Assembly: GCA_030324005.1 (NCBI GenBank)
Contig: JARDVH010000031.1
Coordinates: 51,996,501 to 52,060,500 of the forward strand
Direction of reading: 5' to 3'
DNA from: Negaprion brevirostris
Lineage: Eukaryota
DNA length: 64,000 nucleotides
The translations under genes and the position numbers were made by a program. How positions within the stretch are numbered: the stretch's first letter is position 1; every line of letters begins with the position of its first letter. The notes below the pieces were generated by a model. The model did no database searches. It was given only the letters and a program-made list of their open reading frames with translations, and was not told the DNA's origin. Below are positions 63,839 to 64,000 of the stretch, in pieces.

Positions 63839-64000
63839 CTTTTTGCATCCCTCTACCAAATTTGTTTGTGTTTCGGGAATGGAATGGATTGGAATCATGG
63901 TTTGGGGTTGAAGCAGCAAACACTGGTGGAATTCGTAGCATGCCTGATGGGAAAAAAGTTGTCCCTGCACGAGTCTGTGTCTCTGTAGCTCGCCACCATT
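63839..64000 (-). CDS. BAZ2B: BAZ2B exon (acceptor at or beyond the window edge): (E)WWRATETQTRAGTTFFPSGMLRIPPVFAA...GMQK
   Basis: AAG|gtgagt donor, phase 1; EWWR..FFP..IPP.FA motif of the BAZ2B N-terminus. Confidence 0.93.

Larger units (their letters stand above)
635..64000 (-). other. BAZ2B: BAZ2B gene span (partial; extends beyond both window ends), 22 traced coding exons plus an alternative microexon
   Basis: Exons with AG/GT (one GC) boundaries join in one frame with consistent phases. Peptides such as WQRETRI..GGRLQGEV.YYAPCGKKLRQYPEVIK, MEGRRGRPPNP and CLMVVQFL.NFGKVLGFD match vertebrate BAZ2B as I recall it. Confidence 0.97.

Overview
This is vertebrate genomic DNA, not prokaryotic. 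HE1/V-SINEs, CR1/L2 LINEs and Harbinger-type elements point to a cartilaginous fish (shark-like). It is a draft assembly with many N gaps. The whole window lies inside one minus-strand gene, BAZ2B (bromodomain adjacent to zinc finger domain 2B). I traced 22 coding exons by hand from 64000 down to 635; they splice into one open frame covering the N-terminal Ser/acidic region, MBD/TAM domain, AT-hook-like GRPP motifs, coiled coil, DDT domain and WHIM1-region. The start codon and the PHD/bromodomain exons lie outside the window. The introns hold decayed transposons, including a ~5.7 kb two-gene PIF/Harbinger relic with nested LINEs. The most interesting signals concern splicing: (1) a 27/33-nt in-frame microexon with tandem donors and an upstream UGC motif; (2) a candidate 7/10-nt stop-containing poison microexon in the same TE-free, UGCAUG-rich region; (3) a GC-AG intron; (4) a ~500 bp intronic palindrome; (5) inverted SINE/LINE pairs bracketing single exons. 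I found no evidence of a novel multi-gene system. Family assignments rest on recalled motifs, with no database search, and repeat boundaries are approximate.
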